Source: a virus (Duplodnaviria > Heunggongvirae > Uroviricota > Caudoviricetes). Taken from it: 14,898 nt of DNA. The position numbers were made by a program, and so were the translations under genes. Each line of letters begins with the position of its first letter. The first letter of the stretch is position 1. Under the pieces are notes generated by a model. The model saw only the letters and a program-made list of their open reading frames with translations. It did no database searches and was not told the origin of the DNA. Shown here in pieces: positions 14,074-14,898 of this stretch. The DNA lies in the IMG/VR virus record IMGVR_UViG_2663762992_000011. One strand, written 5' to 3'.

Positions 14074-14898
14074 ATGAACGAACATCATCAACCTTTTGAA
14101 GAGATAAAGCTGATTAATGCAAACGGAGCAGAACAATGGTCAGCAAGACAACTTGGAAAACTACTGGGTTATTCAGAGTATCGTCACTTTATACCTGTAT
14201 TAACGCGCGCCAAAGAAGCTTGTCTGAATAGTGGTCACACAATTGATGACCATTTCGAGGAGATCCTCGATATGGTCAAAATTGGCTCAAATGCCAAAAG
14301 AGCATTAAAAGACATCGTACTCTCCCGCTATGCCTGTTACCTGGTAGTACAAAACGGCGACCCTGCGAAACCGGTTATTGCGGCAGGACAAACTTATTTT
14401 GCTATCCAGACCCGACGGCAGGAGCTGGCTGACGATGAAGCTTTCAGGCAACTTCGTGAAGACGAAAAGCGTCTTTTTCTGAGAAATGAGTTGAAAGAAC
14501 ATAACAAACAATTAGTTGAGGCAGCGCAGCAAGCTGGGGTAGCGACAGCTATCGATTTCGCCATATTTCAGAATCATGGTTACCGGGGACTGTATGGTGG
14601 ATTAGATCAGAAAGCCATCCATCAGCGGAAGGGGCTGAAAAAGAGTCAGAAGATCCTGGATCATATGGGTTCAATAGAACTGGCGGCTAATCTCTTTCGA
14701 GCTACCCAAACAGAAGAAAAACTCAAGCGGGATGGCGTGAATTCAAAACAGCAAGCTAATACCACACACTTTGACGTGGGTAGCAAGGTGAGGCAAACCA
14801 TTCAGGAACTTGGCGGAACCATGCCTGAGGAGTTGCCGACCCCGCAGGTCAGCATCAAGCAGTTGGAAAACAGTGTAAAAATTACAGAGAAGAAATAG
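14074..14898 (+). CDS. dinD: DNA damage-inducible protein D
   Basis: ATG at 14074 with GGAG RBS gives a 274-aa product starting MNEHHQPFEEIKLINANGAEQWSARQLGKLLGYSEYRHFIPVLTRAKEACLNSGH. Length and N-terminus are consistent with enterobacterial DinD, and it is preceded by a canonical LexA box. Stop TAG is the last codon of the window. Confidence 0.85.
   Translation: MNEHHQPFEEIKLINANGAEQWSARQLGKLLGYSEYRHFIPVLTRAKEACLNSGHTIDDHFEEILDMVKIGSNAKRALKDIVLSRYACYLVVQNGDPAKPVIAAGQTYFAIQTRRQELADDEAFRQLREDEKRLFLRNELKEHNKQLVEAAQQAGVATAIDFAIFQNHGYRGLYGGLDQKAIHQRKGLKKSQKILDHMGSIELAANLFRATQTEEKLKRDGVNSKQQANTTHFDVGSKVRQTIQELGGTMPEELPTPQVSIKQLENSVKITEKK

Noticed and set aside
13900-14136. Minus-strand ORF 13900..14136 (78 aa)
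   Set aside because: It overlaps the dinD LexA box, promoter and 5' end and has a Cys-rich odd composition; treated as spurious.

Overview
This window looks like the right-hand part of an enterobacterial P4-like replicative island (satellite-phage-like integrative element), ending in the chromosomal SOS gene dinD, which carries its own LexA box. From left to right: a 5'-partial ORF, an AntA-type antirepressor-like gene, a candidate RNA-immunity region (C4/CI-like, with seqA/seqB/seqC-type complementarities) followed by an Icd-like gene, a chain of translationally coupled small ORFs, and a 918-aa zinc-ribbon/Toprim/P-loop primase-helicase. Two clusters of 9-bp iterons (GTTGGTTCA / TGAACCAAC) with AT-rich spacers lie about 6.1 kb apart in mirror-image arrangement, like an ori/crr pair. 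Between them sits cargo: a small RHH-like ORF behind a LexA-box-like site, two large coupled ORFs (488 and 701 aa) with no domain I can recognise, a convergent AT-rich secreted-protein gene, a dispersed ~20-bp repeat family, a small tail-anchored membrane ORF and an RHH regulator. The two large cargo ORFs are the best candidate for an undescribed system, but their function is unknown. All calls rest on reading the sequence by eye and on recalled family motifs; no database search or folding was run. No integrase, tRNA or CRISPR array was found in the window.
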